Below, one piece after another: positions 29,293-38,371 of a stretch of DNA of 64,000 bases. The first letter of the stretch is position 1. Every line of letters starts with the position of its first letter. Under the pieces are notes generated by a model that was given only the letters and a program-made list of their open reading frames with translations, did not search any database and was not told where the DNA came from. Position numbers and translations under genes: made by a program. Source of the stretch: Marinobacterium zhoushanense (GTDB taxonomy: Bacteria > Pseudomonadota > Gammaproteobacteria > Pseudomonadales > Balneatricaceae); contig NZ_BMIJ01000005.1 in the NCBI RefSeq assembly GCF_014641945.1, positions 222,718 through 286,717 of the forward strand. Direction: 5' to 3'.

Positions 29293-29763
29293 GTGAGCGC
29301 GACGGTGGGCCAATTGAGTGCCAGAGTTGCATGCTTAAGTAGACTGGAGAAAGCGGAGGTGCTGTACCAGACTGTTGTAGATCACGCGCAAACGCGCAGT
29401 AGACGTGGTTGGATAGATAAATTCGGCGTTATGACCATGAAACCATCCTGTCCAATTTGCCATAAAAACTTCGGTTTATTCACCGGCCCGCAGTTAGAGT
29501 CTTGGTATCGCAGTCCGCTGACGCACTGCCGATGCCCTTTCTGCCAGGCTCCTCTGCAAATTGAGCGGAGCCAGCGTTTTACCTTCTTTGTCTGGCGACT
29601 GATAGCGTTTCTAAGCCTTGGAGTCATAGGTGCTAAATGGATGCTTTGGAAATACTTTTCATACGAGACTGCATTAGCCTTATTCGGACTGGTGACCGTA
29701 CTGATACTTGGATTCTTCGCTATACGCTTTTCACAGGGGATTAGGTACGTTCCACGGCTTTAG
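29293..29763 (+). CDS. Hypothetical zinc-ribbon membrane protein in a low-GC islet (true start possibly ATG 29425)
   Basis: CPICH…CRCPFC Cys pairs followed by two hydrophobic helices; AT-rich codon usage unlike its neighbours. Confidence 0.35.
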   Translation: MSATVGQLSARVACLSRLEKAEVLYQTVVDHAQTRSRRGWIDKFGVMTMKPSCPICHKNFGLFTGPQLESWYRSPLTHCRCPFCQAPLQIERSQRFTFFVWRLIAFLSLGVIGAKWMLWKYFSYETALALFGLVTVLILGFFAIRFSQGIRYVPRL

Positions 29764-30228
29764 CACCTTGATTAATGCAGTCCGCATGCATAAAGGACAG
29801 CTTGATCAAACCGGATGATATGCAGTCCAAAATCCTCCAGACCCCCGACTTAAATCCTGTATCTCATTCAGCATCTACTTGAGGCTCCCTCAAAGAAGGT
29901 TCCTAACCAATTCGTAGCCGCATCGAAAGTGGCGAAAGCATCAGACCTGTACCAGACTGTATTCTATTCCGTGCCGTAGGGATATGGGTGTGCATATATC
30001 GACAGGGATTCGGGAGTTGGTTGATGTCGCGAAGCTTTCTATCTTCTTCTGCATTTATCTATCTGCTTGTGTGTTTATGCACAGGCATCTATACCCCTAT
30101 GCTGTTGAGTCGATAGGTTTGCTAGGAGTAGGTAGCGTAAATGGGCTTGCAGTATATAAAAGTGTTATACGGCATGTAGCCTAGTAAGTACCTATAAAGC
30201 ATAAGGTATATAAAACTGTTAGGTGTAA

Positions 30229-30516
30229 ATGAGCATGGATGAAATATTCGGAATATTGACTGAATACACGCTGGCATTAAAAGCAGGGCTTGATAGCACG
30301 AGTCAAGCTAATGAGCGGCCATTAATCACGCGCCATCTAGTTGCGGCTGCTGAAATTTATGCATTGCTTCATAGCACGGGGAACTTAGAATCAGTGCAAG
30401 AGCTAGTTAAATCAGAGGTTCGCGCACATGGCTGGTCTTTTATATCGGGTCAGACCGGCGACACAATAGCCAAAAAATGGGTAGAGTTCACAAATGCAGT
30501 CGGTGTGCGGCAATAA
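30229..30516 (+). CDS. Hypothetical 95-aa helical protein (low-GC islet)
   Basis: ORF with a plausible start; no recognisable family. Confidence 0.3.
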   Translation: MSMDEIFGILTEYTLALKAGLDSTSQANERPLITRHLVAAAEIYALLHSTGNLESVQELVKSEVRAHGWSFISGQTGDTIAKKWVEFTNAVGVRQ

Positions 30517-30585
30517 AACACGTAACAAACCTCAGCAATCGCTCCCGTTGGTCGCAGGGACAGCTAAAACGCTTCGCTTATTTGT

Positions 30586-31230
30586 TTGCCCTTGTGCCGG
30601 CGCTATACGGAAATCCGAATGAAGCCACGTGATCTGCTGTTATTGAACGTAGTCGAATATGTTGAGCCTCAACTCGAAACCATTGGATTCAGGTTCTCGT
30701 CTAGGGGTATCGCATTCAAGCGTGCCTCCAGCATAGGTAATCAAGAGATTAGTTTTTCTTTGAGTAAGTGGGACAGTGAAGATGACTGTGATTTCTGGAC
30801 TATGTGGAGTGCCACTTCTTTAAAGTACAAAAAATGGTATCAAAAGGAATGGGGCCGTACCCCGGCTAATATTGCTCTCGGTGGTGATTGCGATTGGAAT
30901 TTGCCTGGGTGGCCACGAGCAGTTGCAGATCATTTTCACTTGTCAAATCACTCTAATGATGAATCAGAAATGGCGATGTTGATGGATGCGATAATTAATA
31001 TTGGGATTCCTTATCTCGATAGTATATCTGATTGGGAAGGAGCCGCTCACCACCTTGTTCAACAGTCATTACTCTTCAGTAAAGCCGCCGACTTTCTTAT
31101 GATTTCAGGAAAAATGGCTGCGGCGGAAGAAGTATTGCTGAGTGGTCTGTCGGTGTATCAGAGCGAGGGAAAAGTAGATCAACTCGGTGAGCTTGCAGAG
31201 ATTCAGATTCGGCTTAAAAGGTATTTTTGA
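30586..31230 (+). CDS. Hypothetical protein (low-GC islet), possibly immunity-protein-like
   Basis: ORF of ~200 aa (probable start 30619) with atypical composition; no confident family call. Confidence 0.35.
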   Translation: MPLCRRYTEIRMKPRDLLLLNVVEYVEPQLETIGFRFSSRGIAFKRASSIGNQEISFSLSKWDSEDDCDFWTMWSATSLKYKKWYQKEWGRTPANIALGGDCDWNLPGWPRAVADHFHLSNHSNDESEMAMLMDAIINIGIPYLDSISDWEGAAHHLVQQSLLFSKAADFLMISGKMAAAEEVLLSGLSVYQSEGKVDQLGELAEIQIRLKRYF

Positions 31231-31421
31231 GTAAAAATACGAATAGCAAGGTGCTCAAAATTGTTCGCTTAATAAATGGAGTCAGAGGGATAAATGGGGT
31301 CAGAGTATATTTTCTAACGGCCCGTCATATCGCGAGTTTTTAGGCGAAGCATTTTAGTTTTGGCATAGCGCGCCAACATTGTTCCTATAGAAATTCACCC
31401 GCCCCCGAAAGGGCAGGTGAA

Positions 31422-32579
31422 CTACTGAGCAGCCTTTACAGGTCCCAGTCTGACCAGATCATTCAGTACCGCATCAAGACCGCCATATACCGAGATCCTG
31501 TCGATACGTGAGGTGACCCGTTCCAGCGCCTCCAGCTCTTTCAGGCGCAGCAGGGTGGGGTTGTTTTCCATCATCTTGGCGGTGTTATGCAGTGATCGCA
31601 TCGCCTGAGTCTCCTCACGGCGTTTGATCAGGTTCGCTTCCGACTCTTTTTGAGCCTCCACGACCTGGTTCAGGATCTGCTTCATATCACCGGGCAGGAT
31701 GATATCTTTCACGCCAATGCTGATCATCTCGATGCCGTATTCGGTCAGCTTGCTGCGAATATCGTCGGAAAGCGCCGCGTTCAGGCTGTCCTTGTCCTCA
31801 AGCAGGGCGTCCAGCGTCTTCGTACCTACCGCTTCTCGCAGACGAAGCTGGAGTTCGCGATAGATGAAGTTGGCGTAGTCGTTCAACTTCAGTGCAACGG
31901 TTTCAGGGTCGGTCACCCTGTAGCTGCCGCTCAGGTTGATGCGCAGACTTACCCTGTCTTTGGTCAGGATCTCCTGGCCGCTCACTTCGATCGCCTGCAG
32001 GCGCAGGTCCAGTAGTTTGACGACAACGGAACGGTTGTACTTCCAGAAGCCGTAGTTGCCGGGCTGGAGCAGCTTTTCCAGCTTGCCGTTTACCGACAGT
32101 AGACCGGTGTGTTCATCCGGTACCTCGACATAGTGCATGGCCGCAACGGCACTGCGGCTTTTGCCCACTTTCATGTTCTGAGCGAGCATGCCGACAAGCT
32201 TGGTGTCTATGGCGAACGCTTCACTGATATCGACGATATCCACCCGCACCTTCTCGACCCCTTTCCAGACCGCCAGGAAAGCGCCGGGCGCCAGAGTATC
32301 GGTCAGATGACCGTCCCGGTAGAACAGGCCCACCTGAGTGTCGCTCAGCTCGAAGTGGTCGACATGGGGCTCCAGTAACTGCGCATGAGTATGGAGCAGG
32401 AATTTGGCTTTGGTGCTCTCGAACACCACATTACTGATGTCATGCGTTTCAACACGCACCTTGCCGGCCATACGCGTCATACGGTGGCGGCCCGGTTCCA
32501 GAACTTTGACCAGTCGGTTGCGGCGAAAAAGCAATGCGCGCTCGTTATCGGCAATATCAACTGTCTTCCATAGGATCAT
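31422..32579 (-). CDS. SPFH/band-7 (stomatin-like) domain protein with an extended, internally repeated N-terminal region
   Basis: C-terminal half carries the SPFH signature (…IEMISIGVKDIILPGDMKQILNQVVEAQKESEANLIKRRE…). Two similar N-terminal segments (ERALLFRRNRLVKVLEPG / HTGLLSVNGKLEKLLQPG). Confidence 0.65.
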   Translation of the reverse strand: MILWKTVDIADNERALLFRRNRLVKVLEPGRHRMTRMAGKVRVETHDISNVVFESTKAKFLLHTHAQLLEPHVDHFELSDTQVGLFYRDGHLTDTLAPGAFLAVWKGVEKVRVDIVDISEAFAIDTKLVGMLAQNMKVGKSRSAVAAMHYVEVPDEHTGLLSVNGKLEKLLQPGNYGFWKYNRSVVVKLLDLRLQAIEVSGQEILTKDRVSLRINLSGSYRVTDPETVALKLNDYANFIYRELQLRLREAVGTKTLDALLEDKDSLNAALSDDIRSKLTEYGIEMISIGVKDIILPGDMKQILNQVVEAQKESEANLIKRREETQAMRSLHNTAKMMENNPTLLRLKELEALERVTSRIDRISVYGGLDAVLNDLVRLGPVKAAQ

Positions 32580-32984
32580 TTCTCATCTCCTTTTTTGTTG
32601 TTTCACCTGTATCCGTCTTCACCTCGAACCCGAGGAAAAGTGGGCGAGGCCCACCCGAAAGGGCAGGGGCTGTCGGCTTGAACAGGGCAGGTTATACAGC
32701 CAGTGGTCCTTCGGCCTTTACCTCGACAAGGTGCGTTACCGCGTCGCTTGTTCCAGGTGTCTGCGTCCGGGCTTGGATGCACAGCATGCGATGTTGCCCA
32801 CTGGCAGCGACTGCACATTCAGCGCTCGGGTCTGCAGCGAAGCTGAGCCTCCATACCGGCAGGCGAGGACTCCGACAGCAAGCCCAAGCCATGGGCCTCT
32901 GATAGATTTCGTACAAGGTTCTTAGCCTTGCGGGGACTCGAACCCCAGGCTCTCGCCTTTCCCAATGAGTCGTTTACACGACGA

Positions 32985-33060
32985 GGTTACTTTGGCAGGA
33001 ATCGAACCTGCGCCCGGCCGATGTTTGATCGGCTGCTCTACCCGACTGAGCTACAAAGCA
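32985..33060 (-). ncRNA. tRNA-like element (tRNA-Phe-like pseudo-tRNA / tRNA mimic) downstream of rtcA
   Basis: On the minus strand: 7-bp acceptor stem, canonical D-arm (TAGCTCAGTCGGGTAGAGCA), T-arm (GCAGGTTCGATTCCTGC) and a 3' ACC tail. The anticodon loop is TCAAACA (C at position 33, AAA at 34-36), so it is not a canonical tRNA. A second isolated T-arm-like hairpin (GGGGTTCGAGTCCCC) lies at ~32925-32950. Confidence 0.5.
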
Positions 33061-33230
33061 GGTGTTCAGGACCTTCACAGATCGGTACACAAGGCGCCAA
33101 CGGCGGTTGTGCCAGGCGGGTGTACGGAACCCGCTCCGCTAATCTGAAAAAAGCACCCCCAAACGCTTTTACGATCGCCCGTACCTGACGGGTGATCTGT
33201 ATCTTTAATTGGTTTGGCATGAGTAGGTTC

Positions 33231-34241
33231 TTAAACACTTATACGCCAAACCCGTTTGCTCTCCTGTTGAGCCGTTACTTTTACGCCCGCCAGCTGTTTG
33301 ATCACCTCGATATTGGTCAGCAGGTGCTGACTGGGCGTCAGGGTTCTGAACTGACCGCCGTTGCCGCAGACCATCGGCAGCAGTAACTGATCCGCCAGAT
33401 ACTCACCGACCGGTACGCCGCTATCCAGGTAGCTTTTCAACCTCTGAATCGCACGGCCCGCGACGCGCTCCGCCGTTACCTGCTTCTCACCCACCACCTC
33501 GACCACTTCGGTCACCTGTTCGCTGGCGACCTGCAGCGACAGGATGTTGCCCGGCCCGGCCGAGTCCACCAGTCGCTGTTGCAGCTCATGGCTCGCCCAG
33601 TAGCACCTCTTCTGCACCTGTCCCAACTCGCGCTCCGTCACGTGTTTTGGGATGTGGGCCGAGGTGGCGACCGCCTGCCGGCTTAGTACCTCGCCACGTT
33701 CGGTCAGCGCCAGTGCTTGCAGCTCCTGTACAGGCTCGACGAGTATCCTCCAGGCGCCGCCGCCCGAGGGGTAAAAGCCGAACCGCTCCAGCGCCACCTC
33801 GGCCTGGTATCCCATCCGTCTGATGGCGGGCAGGAAGCAGCGCTCGATAAAGTCGTAGCTGGGGGCGAAGCCGTTATGGGTACCACCCTCCAGGTACAGC
33901 TCGCTGCTGCGCTCGGCGAAGAACAGCGGCAGCAAAACGGTCTGCAGTACCAGCGTGGTGCTACCCGCCGAGCCGATGGCAAAGCGGTACTCCCCGGCCT
34001 CAACCTTCCCTGGTTTAAATATCACCTCCGTTGAACCCGGTTTAGCGCCTGATACCTCGGCACCACATACTGTCTGTGCGGCTCGCAGGCAGGTCAGGTG
34101 CTGCCTGAGCAGCCCCGGTTTTGCCCGGCCGACGCGGATATTCTTTATCTGCACCGGCTGGCCCAGCTGCATCGCCAGCGTCAGTGAAGTGCGGAAGATC
34201 TGTCCTCCGCCTTCGCCCTGTGATCCATCGACAACAACCAT
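33231..34241 (-). CDS. rtcA: RNA 3'-terminal phosphate cyclase RtcA
   Basis: 336 aa; RtcA sequence throughout; 4-nt gap after rtcB. Confidence 0.9.
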   Translation of the reverse strand: MVVVDGSQGEGGGQIFRTSLTLAMQLGQPVQIKNIRVGRAKPGLLRQHLTCLRAAQTVCGAEVSGAKPGSTEVIFKPGKVEAGEYRFAIGSAGSTTLVLQTVLLPLFFAERSSELYLEGGTHNGFAPSYDFIERCFLPAIRRMGYQAEVALERFGFYPSGGGAWRILVEPVQELQALALTERGEVLSRQAVATSAHIPKHVTERELGQVQKRCYWASHELQQRLVDSAGPGNILSLQVASEQVTEVVEVVGEKQVTAERVAGRAIQRLKSYLDSGVPVGEYLADQLLLPMVCGNGGQFRTLTPSQHLLTNIEVIKQLAGVKVTAQQESKRVWRISV

Positions 34242-34245
34242 TGTT

Positions 34246-35472
34246 CTATCCTTTTACACACACCACCTGTTTCAGGGTGTAGACCACTTCCACCAGGTCC
34301 TTCTGTGCTTCCATCACCTTTTCGATCGGCTTGTAAGCAGAGGGTGTTTCATCGATAACACCTTCATCCTTTCGGCACTCCACGTCGGCGGTTGCCTGGC
34401 GGTGCTCTTCCAGCGATACCAGCTTCTTGGCCTGGGTTCGGGACATCACTCGCCCGGCGCCGTGGCTGCAGCTGCAGAAGCTCTCTTCGTTACCCAGGCC
34501 GCGGACGATGAACGACTTCGCGCCCATGCTTCCCGGGATTATCCCCAGCTCGCCCTCGCGTGCCCGCACCGCGCCCTTACGGGTTACCAGTACATCCTTC
34601 CCGTAGTGGTGCTCTCGGGAGATGTAGTTATGGTGGCAGTTGACCGCTTCCAGCCGTGCTTCGAACTCAAAACCCAGCGCATCCCTTACCGCCTGGATCA
34701 CGCGGGCCATCATCACTTCGCGGTTTACGCGGGCGAAGTGCTGTGCCCACTCCACCGCTTCGACATACTGGTCGAAGTGGTCGGTACCCTCCGGCAGGTA
34801 GGCCAGATCGGTATCCGGCAGATGGATATGCCAGCGTTCCATATCCTTTTTCGCCATCTCGATGAAATGGGTACCGATACGGTTACCCACACCGCGCGAT
34901 CCGCTATGCAGCATCAACCAGACACTTCCATGCTCATCCAGGCACATTTCGATAAAGTGGTTGCCTGTACCAAGCGTACCCAGGTGGTTGATGTTGTTGG
35001 TGTTCTTCAATACCGGGTGCTTATCCTTCAGCAGGTCGAACTGTGCGGACAGCGGCGCCCAGGCGCGCATCACATCATCCGGCAGATCGTACCAGGCGCC
35101 CTTATCGCGACCGCCGCGAGCACGGGCGGAGCGTCCATGCGGCACCGCACGCTCGATAGCCGAGCGCACCGCCGCCAGGTTATCCGGCAGCTGAGCGGCC
35201 GTGATGCTGGTACGCACTGCCATCATTCCGCAGCCGATATCGACACCCACCGCCGCCGGAATCACCGCGCCAAGGGTGGGGACCACACTACCGATGGTTG
35301 CGCCCTTACCGAGGTGGACATCCGGCATCGCTGCCACCCAGCGGTGGATAAACGGCATGCGCGAGATGTTTTTCAGTTGCTCCCTGGCCTCAGCTTCGAA
35401 TGGGACACCGACGGTCCAGGATTTGATCGGAACACCGCCGTCCTGCATCACTTCATATGCTTGCCGAGTCAT
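34246..35472 (-). CDS. rtcB: RNA-splicing ligase RtcB
   Basis: 408 aa RtcB/HSPC117 family; conserved metal-binding His/Cys residues. Confidence 0.9.
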   Translation of the reverse strand: MTRQAYEVMQDGGVPIKSWTVGVPFEAEAREQLKNISRMPFIHRWVAAMPDVHLGKGATIGSVVPTLGAVIPAAVGVDIGCGMMAVRTSITAAQLPDNLAAVRSAIERAVPHGRSARARGGRDKGAWYDLPDDVMRAWAPLSAQFDLLKDKHPVLKNTNNINHLGTLGTGNHFIEMCLDEHGSVWLMLHSGSRGVGNRIGTHFIEMAKKDMERWHIHLPDTDLAYLPEGTDHFDQYVEAVEWAQHFARVNREVMMARVIQAVRDALGFEFEARLEAVNCHHNYISREHHYGKDVLVTRKGAVRAREGELGIIPGSMGAKSFIVRGLGNEESFCSCSHGAGRVMSRTQAKKLVSLEEHRQATADVECRKDEGVIDETPSAYKPIEKVMEAQKDLVEVVYTLKQVVCVKG

Positions 35473-35520
35473 TGTGCTATTCCCTTATTCATTTCGTTGT
35501 TCGTTTGTCGACTTGACTAT

Positions 35521-35536
35521 AGCGAGGAAGGTGCCA
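35521..35536 (-). promoter_or_regulatory. Candidate sigma54 (-24/-12) promoter for rtcBA
   Basis: Minus-strand TGGCAC-cttcc-TCGCT with GG…GC spacing matching TGGCAC-N5-TTGCW; ~50 nt upstream of the rtcB ATG, in the rtcR-rtcB divergent region. Confidence 0.45.
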
Positions 35537-35684
35537 ACTTTTATAAAAGGGCTTGAAATGATTTTCATGTATCGGATTTATAAGGATTTATATATTTGTG
35601 TATCTCTTTTTGGATAGGCTGGGTATTTACTGGGCTGCAAAAAAATCTATCAAAAAAGATAGGTAGATATTATAGTCGATAGCC

Positions 35685-37274
35685 ATGAAGACAGTGGCGA
35701 TCAGCATTCTGGGCACGACCATGGACCGGCGCGGCAAGGGCGACAAGCGCTGGGACAAGTGGCGTCCGACCGTTTCCATGTTCCAGCACGACGATTTGCT
35801 GATCGATCGCCTAGAGCTGCTGTTCGACAACCACTCCCAGGGGCTGGCGAACCAGGTGACCGAGGATATCGCGCGGGTCTCGCCGGAGACTGAGGTGGTC
35901 CACCACCGGGTCAATTTCCAGGATCCCTGGGACTTCGAAACGGTGTATGGCGAGCTGCTCGACTTTGCCCGCGGCTATCCGTTCAAGCGCAGCCGCGAGC
36001 AGTACCTCATCCACATCACCACCGGCACCCACGTTGCCCAGATCTGCCTTTATTTACTGACCGAAGCCGGCTATCTGCCTGGCCGACTGCTACAGACCTC
36101 GCCGGCCCGCAGCGATAGCAACCTGCCGGGCGAATACCAGATCATCGATCTCGACCTATCCAAGTACGACCAGATCGCCTCGCGCTTCCAGAAGGAGCAT
36201 CAGGAGGGCACCACCTATCTGAAGGGCGGCATCGAGACCAACAATCCGGCGTTCAACCGCATGATCGAGCAGCTGGAGAAGGTCTCGATCCGTTCCAGCG
36301 AACCGATCCTGATCACCGGTCCCACCGGTGCCGGCAAGTCGCAGCTGGCGCAGCGGGTGTACGAGCTGCGCAGGCAGCGTGGCAAGCTGGAGGGGCGTCT
36401 GGTCGCCGTGAACTGCGCCACGTTGAGAGGTGAAAATGCCATGTCGGCGCTGTTCGGGCATAAGAAGGGCGCCTTTACCGGCGCCACCTCCGACCGTCCG
36501 GGCCTGTTGATGGAGGCCAACAAAGGACTGCTGTTCCTTGATGAGATCGGCGAGTTGGGTCTGGATGAGCAGGCGATGCTGCTCAGGGCGATCGAGGACA
36601 AGTGCTTTATGCCCTTCGGTTCCGACAAGGAGGTCAGCAGCGACTTCCAGCTGATTGCCGGCACCAACCGCGACCTCGCCCAGCTCGCCCGCGAAGGCGG
36701 CTTTCGTGCCGACCTGATGGCGCGCATCGACCTTTGGACCTATCAGTTGCCCTCGCTGAAGGATCGGATCGAAGACCTGGAGCCCAATATCGACTACGAG
36801 CTGGAGGTGTTCTCCGGCCGTTCCGGATATCTGGTGAACTTCAACAAGGCCGCCCGCGAGCGCTACCTGGCCTTCAGCCGCTCCGCCGACGCCACCTGGT
36901 CGGCCAACTTTCGTGATCTCAATGCCAGCATCACCCGCATGGGTACCCTCGCTGATGGCGGGCGTATCACTGTCGAGGTGGTAGATGAGGAGGTCGGACG
37001 CCTAAAGCGTAAATGGAATGCAACGTCGTCCACCGAGCAGAACGCGGGCGAACTGATCGAGCAGGTGTTGGGGCAGGGCAGTGCGGACAGTATCGATTAC
37101 TATGACCAACTCAAGCTTGCGGCACTGATAGAGGTGTGTCGCCACTCCAGCTCCATGGCGGAGGCAGGTAGGAAACTGTTCAACGTGAGCCGGGAAAGCA
37201 AGAGATCCAGCAACGACTCGCACCGGGTCAAGCAACTGCTGGCGAAGTATGGGATACGGTTCGAGGAGCTTTAG
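35685..37274 (+). CDS. rtcR: RtcR, sigma54-dependent transcriptional activator of rtcBA (N-terminal CARF-like domain, AAA+ domain, C-terminal HTH)
   Basis: AAA+ motifs (GPTGAGKS Walker A, GAFTGA sigma54-contact motif, FLDEIGEL Walker B); divergent to rtcB. Confidence 0.9.
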   Translation: MKTVAISILGTTMDRRGKGDKRWDKWRPTVSMFQHDDLLIDRLELLFDNHSQGLANQVTEDIARVSPETEVVHHRVNFQDPWDFETVYGELLDFARGYPFKRSREQYLIHITTGTHVAQICLYLLTEAGYLPGRLLQTSPARSDSNLPGEYQIIDLDLSKYDQIASRFQKEHQEGTTYLKGGIETNNPAFNRMIEQLEKVSIRSSEPILITGPTGAGKSQLAQRVYELRRQRGKLEGRLVAVNCATLRGENAMSALFGHKKGAFTGATSDRPGLLMEANKGLLFLDEIGELGLDEQAMLLRAIEDKCFMPFGSDKEVSSDFQLIAGTNRDLAQLAREGGFRADLMARIDLWTYQLPSLKDRIEDLEPNIDYELEVFSGRSGYLVNFNKAARERYLAFSRSADATWSANFRDLNASITRMGTLADGGRITVEVVDEEVGRLKRKWNATSSTEQNAGELIEQVLGQGSADSIDYYDQLKLAALIEVCRHSSSMAEAGRKLFNVSRESKRSSNDSHRVKQLLAKYGIRFEEL

Positions 37275-37505
37275 AACTCCTAGGATACTGGCAAAGGCGA
37301 TGGGGCTGTACCAGACTGTTCCCCATTATACGCGGTAGTTTTGCCGCTGCGGCAGCAGTGATCGAGATCAGGGACTGATAGGTGGAAGCTCTCTTTCGGC
37401 GTTATTCAGCCTCTCTGATTCACTTCGTCGTATGGGTTCCGCTGGCACTTGCGGTCGGATGGGTGCGGTTTTTCCACGGATATTGATTTCAAAGGAACTG
37501 AATGT

Positions 37506-38345
37506 ATGCATGCAAAATTAGGTGTGTGGGCACTACTGCTAACGCTTACCCTGACCGGCTGTGCCAATCTGAAAGAGGTCAGAGAGTACGCCGGCGAATC
37601 CGCCAAGTTCTCCGCCTATACCGAGTTGACCGAACGTTTCCGCGATACCTACTACCGCGAACAGCCCTACCTGACCGGTGAAGCAGAGCGGCTGGCGCAG
37701 GTAAACGATATCAAGCGCAAGGCGGCCTATGACGACCTGCTGACGATCCACCAACGGGTGGCGCTGTACATGCAGACCCTCGCCAGGCTGTCGGGTGAAG
37801 ATACCTTCGACCTCTCGGGAAACCTCGATTCTCTCGCCGGTGGTATCAAGGAGCACCCTGATCTGGGGATCGACAAGCAGCAGGTCGATGCCATCGCCGA
37901 TCTTGCCAATGTGGTGACGAGATGGGCGACCGCCTCGCAACAGCAGCGCGCGGTGCGCGAGATGATCAAAGCGGGCGATGCGCCGTTGCAGACAACCTTG
38001 CAGGGTATGAAGAGGCTTGTGCGTTATTACCGGGCAAGCCATGAAAACGAGAAGAGAACGGTGTTGGGTTTCTTTGAGGTAGAACTGCCCTACGTCGAAG
38101 ACCCGGAACACCGGCTCCTGGCCACCCTGGCGCGTGCGCACCTGCAGGCGAAAGAGGCCGAGTACCAGGCCGTTCAGCCCCAGTACGAGGCGGCGGCACA
38201 GGGTATCGAACGCATCGCCGAGGGGCACCGGAAACTGCTGGAGAATATCGACGATCTGACGAGTCAGGCGGTGAGAGACAGCATCAAGCGGTTCGCCAAG
38301 GATATCAAAGCGATCAGAAAGGATATCCAATCCATTGAAGGCTGA
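37506..38345 (+). CDS. Hypothetical lipoprotein
   Basis: Lipobox LTLTGC after a signal peptide (ATG 37506); helical, charged mature protein; unknown family. Confidence 0.5.
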   Translation: MHAKLGVWALLLTLTLTGCANLKEVREYAGESAKFSAYTELTERFRDTYYREQPYLTGEAERLAQVNDIKRKAAYDDLLTIHQRVALYMQTLARLSGEDTFDLSGNLDSLAGGIKEHPDLGIDKQQVDAIADLANVVTRWATASQQQRAVREMIKAGDAPLQTTLQGMKRLVRYYRASHENEKRTVLGFFEVELPYVEDPEHRLLATLARAHLQAKEAEYQAVQPQYEAAAQGIERIAEGHRKLLENIDDLTSQAVRDSIKRFAKDIKAIRKDIQSIEG

Positions 38346-38371
38346 GACTGGTAACGAAAGGAGGCAACAGG

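Noticed and set aside
32985-33060. tRNA-like sequence considered as a bona fide tRNA-Phe gene
   Set aside because: The anticodon loop has C at position 33 and an AAA anticodon, and the 3' tail reads ACCT. It is therefore treated as a pseudo-tRNA or tRNA mimic rather than a functional tRNA gene.
33955-35556. 533-aa plus-strand ORF spanning the rtcA/rtcB region
   Set aside because: Entirely antisense to the confidently identified rtcA and rtcB; GC-rich genomes produce long spurious antisense ORFs; no recognisable protein features.
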